Part shown: positions 11,235 through 23,336 of the stretch, one piece after another | Position numbering within the stretch: position 1 is the first letter of the stretch | Layout: the number at the start of each line of letters is the position of its first letter | Assembly (NCBI RefSeq): GCF_902713615.1 | Contig: NC_052158.1 | Coordinates: forward strand, 32,033,990 to 32,097,989 | From: Scyliorhinus canicula | Lineage: Eukaryota | Direction of reading: 5' to 3' | DNA length: 64,000 bases | Notes under the pieces: generated by a model | Seen by the model: only the letters and a program-made list of their open reading frames with translations | Databases searched by the model: none | What the model was told of the DNA's origin: nothing | Made by a program: the position numbers and the translations under genes

Positions 11235-11530
11235 GATTTTTATAATAAGAAGAATAATCTTTAGTGTCACAAGTCGGCTTACATTAACACTGCAATGAGG
11301 TTACTGTGAAAAGCCCCCAGTCGCCACATTCCGGCACTTGTTCGGATACACAGAGGGAGAATTCAGAATGTCCAATTCACCTAACAGCACGTCATTCGGG
11401 ACTTGTCGGAGGAAACCAGAGCACCCAAAGGAAACCCACACAGACACGGGGAGAATGTGCAGACTCCACACAGACTGTGCCCCAAGCCGGGAATCAAACC
11501 CGGGACCCTGGAGCTGTGAACCAACAGTGG
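11235..11530 (-). mobile_element. SINE, third tail type (...gtaagcctacttgtgacaataaag)
   Basis: Same head and V-domain as the others, with a distinct 3' region also seen at 60955-61255. Confidence 0.8.
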
Positions 11531-11736
11531 TAACCATTGTGCTACCGTGCCGTGATTATCAGGAATGGGAGACTTGCTCCAATTTCAAGGAGGCTATCTC
11601 AGGGACTGGACATGTTTTAATTCAATCCCACTGATACAAACCCTCTTCCCAACTGGCTGGGTGTGGGGCAGCTGTTTCCAGATGTGTTCCTGCGCTGTGA
11701 TGGTATGGCTTGTTTGCAGACTGTGACTGAGGGAAG

Positions 11737-11806
11737 ATGGCCCTCCTCCTCTGCTGTGTAAGCAGCAAGGAAGCAGCGTTTAGAAATCGTGTGTTGACCG
11801 GGCCAG
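11737..11806 (+). other. Candidate first coding exon (MALLLCCVSSKEAAFRNRVLTGP + G), phase 1
   Basis: aagATGG Kozak context after an in-frame stop; CCA G|gtgagt is a strong donor; lies downstream of the 91-bp module. The peptide is a poor signal peptide. Confidence 0.22.
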
Positions 11807-12269
11807 GTGAGTGAGAGAAGTGGAAAAAAATCTTCTTGACATCTGTGTGTTGTTGGCTATAAAAGTACTGGTCCCACAGTAACAGTGGGCGAATCACCAG
11901 GGAGCAGCTGTCACAGTGAAAATGGAAACACTGATGACATTATATTGATGTTCCTGTCACTGGGCAGGAGATGAAGGGAGGGAAATGTTCTTCCTGCACT
12001 TTTCAATCTTCTTTTGTACACAGCCCACCAATTACTGAGAGAGTCACGACCCCAGTGTGACAGGATTTACAATGTGATTGTGGAATTTGACATTCTGCTC
12101 ATGCCCTTTGAACTATGAGCCCCTGGAGGTGATTGTGTTCTGATGTACCTGCTGCCCTTGTCTCTCGAGATGGTGGAGGGAGTGCAGGTGCTATCGAAGG
12201 AGTCTTGACGAGTTGCTGCAGTGAATCCTGCAGATAATAGTCACAGACATGGTGCACTGGTGGTGGAGA

Positions 12270-12690
12270 GAGTAGGTGTTTAAGGTGGGGAGGGAGTGGG
12301 TGTTTAATTTGGGGGAGGGAGTGGGAGCTTAAGGTTGAGAGGGAGAGGGTGTTTAAGGTGGGGGTGGGTGTTTAAGGCAGGGGTAGGAGAGGGTGTTTAA
12401 GGTGGGGGAGAGGGTGTTTGAGGTAGGGGTGGAAGAGGGTGTTTAAGGTGGGGAGGGAGAAGGTGTTTAACGTGGGGGTGGGAGAGGGTGTTTACGATGA
12501 GGGCAGGAGAGGGTGTTTAACGTGGGAGTGGGAGAGGTTGTTTAAGGCGGGGGTGGGAGAGGGTGTTTAAGGTGGGGGTGGGTGTTTAAGGTGGGGAGGG
12601 TGTTTAAGGTGGGGGAGGGAGAGGGTGTTTAAGGTGGGGAGGGTGTTTAAGGTGCAGGAGGGTGGGTGTTTAAGCTGGGGCGGGAGTGGA
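12270..12690 (+). repeat. G-rich degenerate minisatellite with core GGGTGTTTAAGGTGGGG (about 18 copies)
   Basis: Variable 18-26 bp period; follows a minus-strand LINE fragment at ~12110-12270. Confidence 0.9.
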
Positions 12691-13133
12691 TACTTTAGCT
12701 GGTCTGCTGATCAAACTGTCTATGCCCAATTGACACCAACTCTCCCACATTCTTTGTGCAGAGCCTAGACCCCGTCTGATCTGTTCAAGCGAGGGATGGG
12801 CAGTGTATCATCAGATCTCTCTTTGTTACCCATGATACAGCCTTGTTCAAAAACAAGCTGTACAAAGTTACTGAAGAGTGTAAGTGAACAGGTTTTTAAT
12901 TCATTCTCAGGATCGATGCGTCACTGACCAGCTCTTTTTTGGCTGTACGCACTTTGGGATTTTCTGGGGTTGTGAAAGGCGATATATCAACCCATCTTTT
13001 CTTTAGGATGGAGAATTGAACAGGATTTATTTGAACATTCAGGAGGTGAGTTGATTTGTGAGATGTTATCAGTGCATTTGACACAATTGTAATGATACAG
13101 TCTGTCTTATCTTTAATCTGACTGAAACATTGT

Positions 13134-13814
13134 GGGCTGGATTTTCTGACTGCCGACGCTAATATCACGTTCAGTGATTGGCCGTGGAATCTGTTTTTAC
13201 ACCGGAATCGGGGACTGAGCTGTTTTTTGAATGCTCTGCGCCCTCAAACGCAGCGTATTTGAGGAGTATGCTGCAAGCCGTCAGGACGGCCTCAGTACAT
13301 CACCTGAGACCCTCCCCAGTGCTCCGCCCCCGATGGGCTACTTCCTGACCACGTGGGACACATGTCCTCTCAACTTTCGTGAACCTGTGTCCAGCGCGCC
13401 ATAGTCGGCGGGGAGGTGGGGGGGGGGGGGGGGGTGGGGTGGGGGTGGGGGGGGGGGGGGGCGCATTCCGCTGGCAGGGGTGCTTCGGCGGGAGAATGGG
13501 GGGATTGGGTGGGGGTGGTCCGGGGCTGGCGATGGGGGTAACAGGGGACAGTTTTTGGCAGGTCAGGTCCTCACGCGGCTGACGCAGATGCCATGTTGTA
13601 CAGCGCAGCCACCGCAGGCTGCTGCCACGTGCATGCGCGGCCATGGACCCGGCCATTCTGCGTCCGTATCTGCAGGTGTAGCCGAGGGCTTTACGTTGCG
13701 CGGCTGCTAGCCCCCCACCGGACGGAGCATCGGTGGGGGGTGGCGCCAACGTTTTGGTCGTAAGACCCCAGGCTCTACCTCCGGTCATAGCCGCCGAATC
13801 GGAGAATCCTGGCC
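13134..13814. mobile_element. GC-rich Harbinger-type non-autonomous element
   Basis: gggctggattttct...gagaatcctggcc TIR-like ends. Confidence 0.7.
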
Positions 13815-14319
13815 TATTACTCTGGGCAGATTCCAACTCGAAGTGGACCCTCCATCAGTGAGAGTTCAGTCCCAGACTGGGCAAGATTAATGGGAGCATC
13901 ACTATATCGACAGGTTGCTGCTGTTTCACTGTGTCGGGTCCTCCCAGTTTCTGACTGCATTTTCCTTTTATTCAATCACAGGATGTGCACATCAGTGGCA
14001 AGGCGGACATTTATTGTCCATCCCTAATGACCCTGAAAAACCATCTTGGCCATTTAACAAATGTATAAGTTCCAACAGACATTCAGTATTCACAGGAGTT
14101 AATCTGCATCATTTCCTAAAGTGAGAAAACCCTTATTTTGGGTGTCATTTCTGTTTCAATACATTTCTATGGTGACTATAGTTTACTTTAAACATTCTCT
14201 TTCCCTGTGAATGTGGTTGCTCCTTCGCAAATAAACAAACAAAACTTTCATGGCCTTTTGCTCTTTAGTGATCCGATTTCTTGATCCGCTGAAGCCCATG
14301 GGTCCTCAGGCTGCACCTT

Positions 14320-14590
14320 CCGTGCTTCCATCGAGAAGGACAAGCGCAGCAGATACATGGGAATACCACCATGTGGAGGGTCCCCTCCAAGTTATTCACC
14401 ACACTGACTTCCATATGTATTACCGTTCCTTCACTGGCACTGGGTCATATGCCTGGAACTCCATCCCTAACAGCACTGTGGTGTACCTACACCTGAAGGA
14501 CTGCAGCAATTCAAGAAGACAGGGGACAATTAACGATGGGCAATAAATGCTGGCCGAACCAGCGATGCCCACATCCCATCAATGATTTTA
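14320..14590 (+). mobile_element. 3' end of a non-CR1 LINE family (CR1 supergroup; exact clade not assigned)
   Basis: aactccatccctaacagcactgtgg...gggcaataaatgctggcc tail; related pieces at 22500-23290, 33050-33590, 42750-43350 and 58360-59165. Confidence 0.65.
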
Positions 14591-14697
14591 TTTTTCTGTG
14601 TCAGGTAGACCCGCAATGCTGTTAGGAAGGGGGTTCCAGGGTGAGCATAGTGAGACCCTTATTTAGCCAATTTATGTCTCCTGTACCACCATAATGC

Positions 14698-15030
14698 AGG
14701 CAGCACGGTAGCGCAGTGGTTAGCACAGTTGCTTCACAGCTCCAGGGTCCCAGGTTCAATTCCCGGCTGAGGTCACTCTCTGTGCAAAGTCTGCACATTC
14801 TCCGTGTGTCTGTGTGGGTGTCCTCCGGGTGCTCCGGTTTCCTCCCACAATCCAAAGATGTGCAGGTTAGGTGGATTGGCCACACTAAATTGCCCCTGTG
14901 TGTCCAAAAAAGGTTAGGTGGGGTTATTGGGTTGTGGAGAGAGGGTGGAGGTGTGGGCTTAGGTGGGTTGGATTTTCCGATGCGGACTCGATAGGCGAAA
15001 TGGCCTCCTTCTGCACTGTAAATTCTATAG
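14698..15030 (+). mobile_element. Long-form SINE
   Basis: Head, B box, V-domain and CR1-like tail. Confidence 0.85.
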
Positions 15031-15959
15031 ATATATTATGTCTATAATACGCAACTGGTGGAATATGGACAAGATTGGGCAGGCAAATATTTGACCAAAT
15101 TGGTGAAAGGGAATGTACTAAGGGTTTCACCACCTTTGGGGGCGCCCTGTGGAGAGATGCCCTGGCAGTAATCACACAAACCCCCCTACCCCTTGCCCAT
15201 ACCCTATAAACTTCAGCCCCATGTTCGCTCCAGTGCTAATCTACATTTGCTCATTCATCTGGCTGCTGTTTGTGGGATCTCACTGTGCACAGATTGGCTG
15301 CCGAGCTTCCACATCGGAAAAGTGAGCACACGTCAAAAATATTTCCTTCGAGCTTTGGGACTCACTGAGATGGTGAAAGAGGCTATTGGCTTGTATTTTT
15401 CTTCAGTTGACCAATCACTGTGATTGATCTCCATCAATGAGTGTCCAACAGGCCCCAGCAGGAGGTGAAGGAACCCTGGCCCAGAGAACCATCACTCAAA
15501 CTAACCGGTTCCTCCCAAACACTCTCCACGTGTGTCATGTCCCCAATTACTACAAAATGTAATTTTCTGGGAAAAATCTCTTAATTTACATTTGAGAAAG
15601 TAATTACAGCTCCTGCCTTCTCCCAAGAGAGCCGGTTCCACAGGCTGACCTCTCTCGCTGTGACATCGTCTTTCCCCGGGTTAGATTTGGATTTTCTCGC
15701 TTGCCGGGACCTCTGGTTCCATTGTCCCGGACAAGGTGAGGCAGCTGGACATGGATGACATCATCCAGCCCCTTCGAAATGTTTAAACCAGCTGGCCTGA
15801 AAGTCAGAAACAGCCCAGAGCCTCCAACACAAACAAGGTCGAGGACGTTCAGTGTGAACAACACTGTGATCAGATCCGATCACGTCAAACCAACAGGATA
15901 AACCAAGCAAAGTCCCATCGGAACAGAAGGGGAATGAATGGAGTGAGAATCTCCAGGGC

Positions 15960-16080
15960 AGGGAGAGAGACATTTGGAAATGTTCATTCAGTCCCCAGGA
16001 CCGGCTGAGTTGGAAATGTCCCCACGCTGAAGATGACCAATCAGACCGAGAATAAGAAATGTGAAATGATTGGAGGCTCA
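15960..16080. promoter_or_regulatory. Cluster of immune-type cis motifs (NF-kB-like, two opposed CCAAT, ISRE-like)
   Basis: GGAAATGTCCCC (~16012-16023), CCAAT (16037), GAAATGTGAAA (~16057-16067) and ATTGG (~16069) in non-repetitive sequence. Confidence 0.3.
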
Positions 16081-16339
16081 AATGGAAACAGTTCTGAGGC
16101 TTATTAAAATTTAAACAGGAGCCGTCAGAATCAGATATAAATAATGAATAAACTGTGTGTCGAATGCTGTTTGACCTTCAGATCAACACTGCACTGTCTG
16201 AGGATTTCTCCAAAATCTTTCATTGAAGATTCCAATTGTTTTTCCACCATCACCAATTTAGACACAGCTCAGGATTCACATTCAGAAACTGAGATCAGAA
16301 CAGAGAGAGATTTTGACAGCTGATTAACATGGACTGATA

Positions 16340-16700
16340 AAAAAAGCAAGAATTGTGTTTCTATGGGGGGATCTTGCACAATCACAGGATATTATAAAGT
16401 GTTCCAGCACTGAGGAAAGAGATTTGTTCAAAAGTCTAGTTGCTCTGATCATGTATGAATCATTGTAGCCAACTTAGGCACAGCAGGATCCCAATATCTG
16501 ACAATGAACAATTCAACTGACATGTTGATGGTTTGACGAATAAGTATCGAGTAAGACATTAGGGAGAACTTCATCGGTCTCATTCAAATAATGCCGAGGG
16601 GTCCTGCACATCCAGCCAAAAGGTGAGAGGGGAAAACATTTTAAAGTCCATCTCAAAAACGTTCATCCAACAGTGTAGCTCACCGACACTACTGATGTTC
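16340..16700 (-). mobile_element. Old DeuSINE (SacSINE1-like) 3' half abutting the minisatellite
   Basis: Diverged reverse complement of the Deu domain (gggagaact...aataatgcc...catcc...aacagtg) and tail. Matched from memory of the family, not by computed alignment. Confidence 0.6.
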
Positions 16701-18880
16701 TGACAGTACAGCACTCCCTCAGTACTGACCCGGTAACAGTGCAGCACTCCCTCGGTACTGACCCTCTGAGAGTGCAGCACTCCCTCGGTACCAGCACTCT
16801 GATAGTGCATCACTCCCTCGGTACCTACCCTCTGACAGTGCAGCACTCCTTCAGAACTGACCCTCTGACAGGACAGCACTCCCTCAGTATTGCCCCTCTG
16901 ACAGTGCAGCACTCCCTCGGTACTGACCCTCTGACAGTGCAGCACTCCCTCAGTACTGACCCTCTGGCAGTGCAGCGCTCCCTCAGTACTGACCCTCTGG
17001 CAGTGTTCCTCTACCTCAGTAATGTCCCTTTGACAGTGCAGCACCCTCAGTACTAAACCTCTGACTGCAGCACTCCCTCAGTGCTTACTCTTTGACAGTG
17101 CAGCAATCCTTGAGTACTGACACTCTGACACTGTTGGGCTCCCTCAGTACTGACCCTCTGACAGTGCAGCACGCCCTCAATACTGACCCTCTAACAGTGC
17201 AGCACTCCCTCAGTACTGACCCTCTGACAGTGCAGCACTCCCTCAGTGCTGACCCTCTGACAGTGCAGCACACCCTCAATACTGACCCTCTAACAGTGCA
17301 GCACTCCCTCAGTACTGACCCTCTGACAGTGCAGCACTCTCTCAGTGCTGACCCTCTGACACTGTTAGGCTTCCCAAGTGCTGACTCTGACAGTGCAGCA
17401 CTCCCTCAGTACTGATCCTCTGACAGTGCAGCACTCCCTCAGTACTGACCCTGTGACAGTGCAGCATTTCCTCATTACTGACCCTGTGACAATGCAGCAC
17501 TTCATTATTACTGACCCTCTGACAGTGCAGCACTCCCTCCTTACTGACCCTGTGATAATGCAGCACCCTTGTTACTGACCCTGTGACAACACAGCGCACC
17601 CTCATACTGACCCTGTGACAACACAGCACTCCCTCATACTGATCCTGTGACAATACTGCACTCCATCAGTACTGACCCTGTGACAATGCAGCACTCCCTC
17701 AGTACTGACCCTCTGACAGTGCAGTACTCCCTCAGTGCTGACTCTCTGACAGTGCAGCACCCCTTCATTACAGACCCTGTGACAATGACGTACTCCCTCA
17801 TACTGACCCTCTGACAATACTGCACTCCCTCATTACTGAGCCTGTAACGATGCAGCACTCCCTTAGTACTGACCCTCTGACAGTACAGTGCACCCTCAGT
17901 ACTGACCCTCTGACAGTGCAGTACTCCCTCATTACTGACCCTGTAACAATGCAGCACTCCATCATTACTGACCCTGTGACACTGCAGCACTCCATCATTA
18001 CTGACCCTGTAACAATGCAGCACTCCACATTACTGACCCTGCGACAATGAGGCACTCCATCATTACTGATCCTGTGACAATGCAGTGCTCCCTCATTACT
18101 GACCCTCTGACAATGCAGCACTCCCTCATTACTGACCCTGTGACAATGAGACACTCATCATTACTGACCCTGTGACAATGCAGCACTCCCACATTACTGA
18201 CCCTGTGACAATGAGGCACTCATCATTACTGACCCTGTGACAATACAGCACTCCCTCATTACTGACCCTGTAGCAATACAGCACTCCCTCATTACTGACC
18301 TTGTGACAATGCAATACTCCCTCATTACTGACCCTGTGACAATGCAGTACTCCCTCATTACTGACCCTGTGACAATACTGCACTCCCTCATTACTGACCC
18401 TGTGACAATGCAGCACTCCCTCATTACTGACCCTGTGACAATGCAGCACTCCCTCATTACTGACCCTGTGACAATGCAGCACTCCCTCAGTACTGACCCT
18501 GTGACAATGCAGCACTCCCTCAGTACTGACCCTGTGACAGAGTTGCTCTTCCTCAGTATTGATGTTCTGAAAATGCAACACTGCCTCAGCACAGAGGGGC
18601 TGTGCACACCGCACTCTGTAATGCTGAACCTCAGTCCAACATTCTCACAGTACTGCACCTCTGACAGTGCAACACTCTCTCACTATTGCTCTCTGACAGT
18701 GCAGCCCATCCACAGTACTTGTCCTCCTTGGCAGTGCAACACTCCCTCATTGCTGATAACCTGACAGTGCAGGGCACCTTCAAGACTGACCATCTGACTG
18801 TTTAGCAGTTCCTCAGTTTAGACCCACTGTCATTGCTATTCTCTCTCAATACTCACGTTCGGTCAGTGCAGAACTCCATC
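16701..18880 (-). repeat. 33-bp minisatellite array in reverse orientation, ~2.2 kb, with an internal variant block
   Basis: cagtactgaccctctgacagtgcagcactccct units shift to cattactgaccctgtgacaatgcagcactccct at ~17450-18540. Confidence 0.95.
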
Positions 18881-18889
18881 ATTTCCAAT

Positions 18890-20170
18890 CCATATGATCA
18901 TAATAACTAGGAACAGGAGTCAGACCATTCAGCTGTTCGAGCCTGCTCCGCCATTTAAGAAGATCATGACTGATCTAACACTCAATAAGTCCACTTTCCT
19001 GCCTTCCTTCCATCATCTTTAATACCCCCACTGATTAAATATCTCAGCCTTGATAATGTTGAAGGACTCGGCCTTCACAGCTTTCTGAGGTAAATAATTT
19101 CAAAGATTCACTCTTGAGAGAAGAAATTCTTCCTCAAATCCGTCTGAAATGAGACCCCCCTTATTCTGCGACTATGCCCTCTCCGATGAGTGGAAACACC
19201 CTCCCAACATTTACCCTGTCTAACTCCCTCAGAATCTGATCTGTTTCAATCATATCACCTCTCGGTCTTCTGAACTCCAGGGCGTACAGACCCAACCTAT
19301 TTAATCTTTCCCCAGAGGGCAGTCCCTCCATATCCGGCTTCATCCCAGTAAGCCTCCTCTGTACTGCCTCCACTGATAATATATCTTTCCTTAAATAAGG
19401 GGACCAAAACTGTGCACAGTATTCAAAATGTGGCCTTACTAAATGTGGCCTCACGGTAGCATGGTGGTTAGCATCAATGCTTCACAGCTCCAGGGTCCCA
19501 GGTTCGATTCCCGGCTGGGTCACTGTCTGTGTGGAGTCTGCACGTCCTCCCCGTGTGTGCGTGGGTTTCCTCCGGGTGCTCCGGTTTCCTCCCACAGTCC
19601 AAAGATGTGCGGGTTAGGTGGATTGGCCATGCTAAATTGCCCATAGTGTAAGGTTAATGGGGGGATTGTTGGGTTACGGGTATACGGGTTACGTGGGTTT
19701 AAGTAGGGTGATCATTGCTCGGCACAACATCGAGGGCCGAAGGGCCTGTTCTGTGCTGTACTGTTCTATCTTCTATCTAGTACCTTGTACAGTTGCAGCA
19801 ACACCTCTTTACTTTTATACTCCATTCCCCTTGAAGTAAAACCCAGCATTCCATTTGCTTTCCCCACTACCTTCTGACCTCTATGCTCGCTTCCTGGGTT
19901 TCAGGAACGTGAATCCCCAAGTCCCTTTGTGCACCAGCTTTCTGCAGTCTCTCTCCATTTAAATAATAATCCACCGTCTCATTCCTTCATCCAAAATGGA
20001 CATTCTCACATTTTCTAAGATTGAATTCCATTTGCCAAGTCTCTGCTAACTCATTGAACCTGTAAATATATCCCTGTAAACTATTTATATCCTCCTTACA
20101 ATCTGCCGTTCCTCCCATCGCTGTATCATCCTCAAATTTGGCCACAGTATACTCTGCTCCTTCATTCATA
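18890..20170 (-). mobile_element. Degraded CR1 LINE 3' fragment
   Basis: Minus-strand KFEDDT, LVRPHFEYCAQFWSPYLRKD and LGLYALEFRR motifs. Confidence 0.85.
19447..19778 (+). mobile_element. Very young long-form SINE
   Basis: Differs from the copy at 40090-40420 at about one position in ~330 nt. Confidence 0.92.
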
Positions 20171-20257
20171 TATATTCATAAAGTCATAGAACCATGCAGT
20201 ACAGAAGAGGTCCTTCAGTCCATCAAGCCTGCACCAACGAAAGAAACTACTCTAATC

Positions 20258-20976
20258 CAGTGTTCTTCAAACTTTTTTTCCGGGGACCCATTTTTACCAA
20301 CCGGCCAACCTTCGGGATCCAACCCAGCCAATCTGCATGACCCACCATTTTCTCTTACCTTGTTTGCTGGTGCCAAAAATGGAGGAAATGGTTTTGGGTC
20401 CCTTTGGCCCTTGTACAGACTCATCCAATGGAACCTTTTGGATGAAGGTGAAGCCTTCCTGTGTCGGAAGTATGGAGTCTCCATCTGTCCAAAGTTCTAA
20501 AAATTTTTCCTGTAAAGTTTTATCAAATAAACCCCTCCCGAACTTGTAAAAAAAAAAAATGAGTAAAATAAATGAAAAAAACGAATAACACCCCCCCGAA
20601 CCTGTAAAAAAAAATGAAATGAATAAAATAAATGGATAAATTAATAAAAACCACTGCAGGACGTGTGAAACAAAAAGCTGCAACTGTTTAAAAAAAATAG
20701 CAGCCGCACTGCGCATGCGTGCCCAATTTTCCACGTGCATGTGCAATGCGGCCAAATTTGTTTTACATCTTAGCGGAATGTGCTTGCGCGTATGCGCAAT
20801 GCGGGCAAATTTTTTTTTTAATATGGTCGCGGCTGCTTGCAGCCAGCGTTATGAAAAGCCGGCTGCTGCGCGAGGATTTGCGCGATCGGGAGCGCCGTGG
20901 ACAACAGCTCCGGGACCCTCCTGACACCTGCCCATGACCCACCTGCGGGTCGCGCCCCCGACTTTGAAGAACATTG
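20258..20976. mobile_element. hAT (Buster-type) non-autonomous element, 719 bp, 8-bp TSD CTCTAATC
   Basis: TIR cagtgttcttcaaa / tttgaagaacattg; TSD at 20250-20257 and 20977-20984 with central TA. Confidence 0.95.
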
Positions 20977-21074
20977 CTCTAATCGACACTAATCCCACTT
21001 CCCAGCACAAAAGTGTTATACCATTTCAAGTGCCCATCCAAGTGCTTTTAAAGATTGTGAGGTTTCCTGCCTCA

Positions 21075-21450
21075 ACCACCCTCCCAGGCAATGAAGCCAG
21101 ATTCACACTTTGATGCGGGCAGGTTGTTTCCACTGGCGGATGAAAGCAGAACTCGGGGGCACAGCCTCAAAATAAGGGGAAGTAGATTTAGGACTGAGTT
21201 CAGGAGGCGCTTCTTCACCCAAAGTGTTGTGAATCTAGGGAATTCCTTGCTCAGTGAAGCAGTTGAGGCTCCCTCATTAAATATTTTTCAGATAAAGACA
21301 GATAGGTTTTTGAGGAATAAAGGAATTAAGGGTTATGGTGTTCGGGCCGGAAAGTGGAGCTAAGTCCACAAATGATCAGCCATGATTCTCATTGAATAGC
21401 GGAGAAGGCCCAAGGGGCTAAATGGCCTATTCCTGCTCTTAGTTCTTATG
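21075..21450 (+). mobile_element. CR1 3' fragment
   Basis: LFPLADESRTRGHSLKIRG...FFTQSVVNL and ttcttatg tail. Confidence 0.85.
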
Positions 21451-22450
21451 TTCTTATGTTCTCTGGGTGCAATTTGTTTTCCTCAAATCCCACTGATCCT
21501 CCTGCCTTTCACTTTGAAATTATGCCCCCTTGAAATTGATCCTTCAACAAAGGGGAAAAGCTACTTTCTATCCACCCTATCCATGCCCCTCATAATCTTA
21601 TGCACCTCAATCAAGTCCTCTCTCAGTCTTCTCTGCTCCAAAGAAAACAATCCTGAGCTTATCCAGCCTCTCTTCATAGCTGAAATTCTCCATCCCAGTG
21701 ATGGGACCATCAATTTACTCGAGATATGAGTAGAAGTAAACCGTGGCTTTAATCAACTTAGAACAGTATCTGCCTGTGACTCGTCCAATACTGAGAACTG
21801 CCTACAGGTCGACTGCTCTTTCTACCTCCCTTCAAGGGGAAGAGCCATGGGTAGAGCCCATACATGCCCCAAAATGTTCCCCTATGGATAATGCCATACA
21901 ATGGCCCATAGGAGAAGCCCACAAGGGCAACAGCATAGCACAGATACAAATACAAGGGCAACTGCACAAATACAAATACAATGGTGGACTATTGGCATCA
22001 TACATTCACCACACCCAGACAACATCCTGGTAAATCTCCTCTGCACCCTCTCCAGTGCAATCACATCGTTCCTATAATGCGGTGACCAGAACGGCACACA
22101 GTACTCCAGCTGTGGCCTAACCAAAGTCTTATACAACTCCAACATAACCCTGCTCTTATCGCCTATGCCATTACTGAAAAAAGCAAGTGTGCTGCCTGCC
22201 TTTTTAAATACCCTATTAACCTGTCCTGTTGTCTTCACGGATCTGTGGACAAACCCCAAGATCCCTCTGTACCTCTGAATTTCTACATGTCCTGCCATTA
22301 ATTGAGTACACCCTTGTCATGTTACGGTTTCCAAAGTACATCACCTCAATCTTTTCAGGGTTAAATTCCATCTGCCCATCTGACCAATCCGCAGATATCC
22401 TCCTGTAACTTGAGACTTTCTTCACTGTCAACCACCCGGCCAATCATCTG
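21450..22450 (-). mobile_element. CR1 3' fragment interrupted by a solo LTR
   Basis: LYKTLVRPQLEYCVPFWSPHY on the minus strand. Confidence 0.85.
21699..22013 (-). mobile_element. Solo LTR (315 bp), 5-bp TSD CCCAG
   Basis: TGATG...CACCACA termini; CCCAG at 21694-21698 and 22014-22018. Confidence 0.88.
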
Positions 22451-22499
22451 CAAACTTACTTACTACCAAGCCCACATTTTCTTATTTCTTAAAAATTTG

Positions 22500-23290
22500 T
22501 TTTTATGACATATGCACTTCGCTTGTTAGGCCAGCATCTTTGCCCATCCCAAAAAGCCCCTTGAGAAGGTGGTGGTGAGCTGTCCTCTTGAACCGCTGCA
22601 GTCCATCTGGTATCGGTGCACCCACTGTGCTATTAGGGGGTGAGTTCCAGGATTTTGACCCAGCGATAATGAAGGTACGGCCAATAGATTTCCAAGTCAG
22701 GATGGTGAGTGACCTAGAGGGAAACCTCCATGTAGTGGTGTTACCATGTATCTGCTGCCCTTGTGCTTCTGGATGGTTGTGGCTATGGGTTTGGAAGATG
22801 CTGTCTGAGAAACCTTGGTGAGTTCCTGTCGTGCATCTTGTTGATCGTACATGCGGCTGCTATTGTGCGTCGGTGGTGGAGGGAGTGAATGTTTGTGGAA
22901 AGAGTGTCAATCAAGTGGGCTGCTTTGTCCTGACAGTGTCGAGCCTCTTGAGTGTTGTTGGAGATGCACATATCCAGGTAAGTGGAAATTATTCCATCAC
23001 ACTCCTGACTTGTGCCTTACAGGTGGTGGCAGGCTTTTAGGAGTCAGGAGGTGAGTTACTCACCACAGAATTCCAGGCCTCTAACCTGCTCTTGTAGCCA
23101 CAGCACTTTTATAGCTAGTCCAGTTCAGGTTGTGGTCAATGATAACCCCCAGGATGTTGATTGTGAGGGGATTCAGCTATGGTGATCCTATTGAATGTCA
23201 AAGGGTGATGGTTTCTCCCTTATTGGAGATGGTCATTGCCTAAAACTTGTGTGGCATGACTATTACTTGCCCCTTGTCAGCCCAAGCCCT
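22500..23290 (-). mobile_element. Non-CR1 LINE 3' fragment
   Basis: QDKAAHLIDTLSTNIHSLHHRRTIAA..TINKMH on the minus strand. Confidence 0.75.
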
Positions 23291-23336
23291 CAGTTCTGAC
23301 TCTCTGACAGTGCAGCACACTCTCAGTCCTGTACCT

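Noticed and set aside
13408-13462. Very long G/C homopolymers (also 9465-9482, 47936-47968, 52963-52982, 57532-57551)
   Set aside because: They mostly lie within transposon bodies and are error-prone in sequencing; lengths are not trustworthy and no specific function is supported.
15761-16081. 106-aa minus-strand ORF as a possible TAP/PSMB or Ig exon
   Set aside because: No recognisable motif of TAP, proteasome beta subunits, beta-2 microglobulin or Ig domains in any frame.
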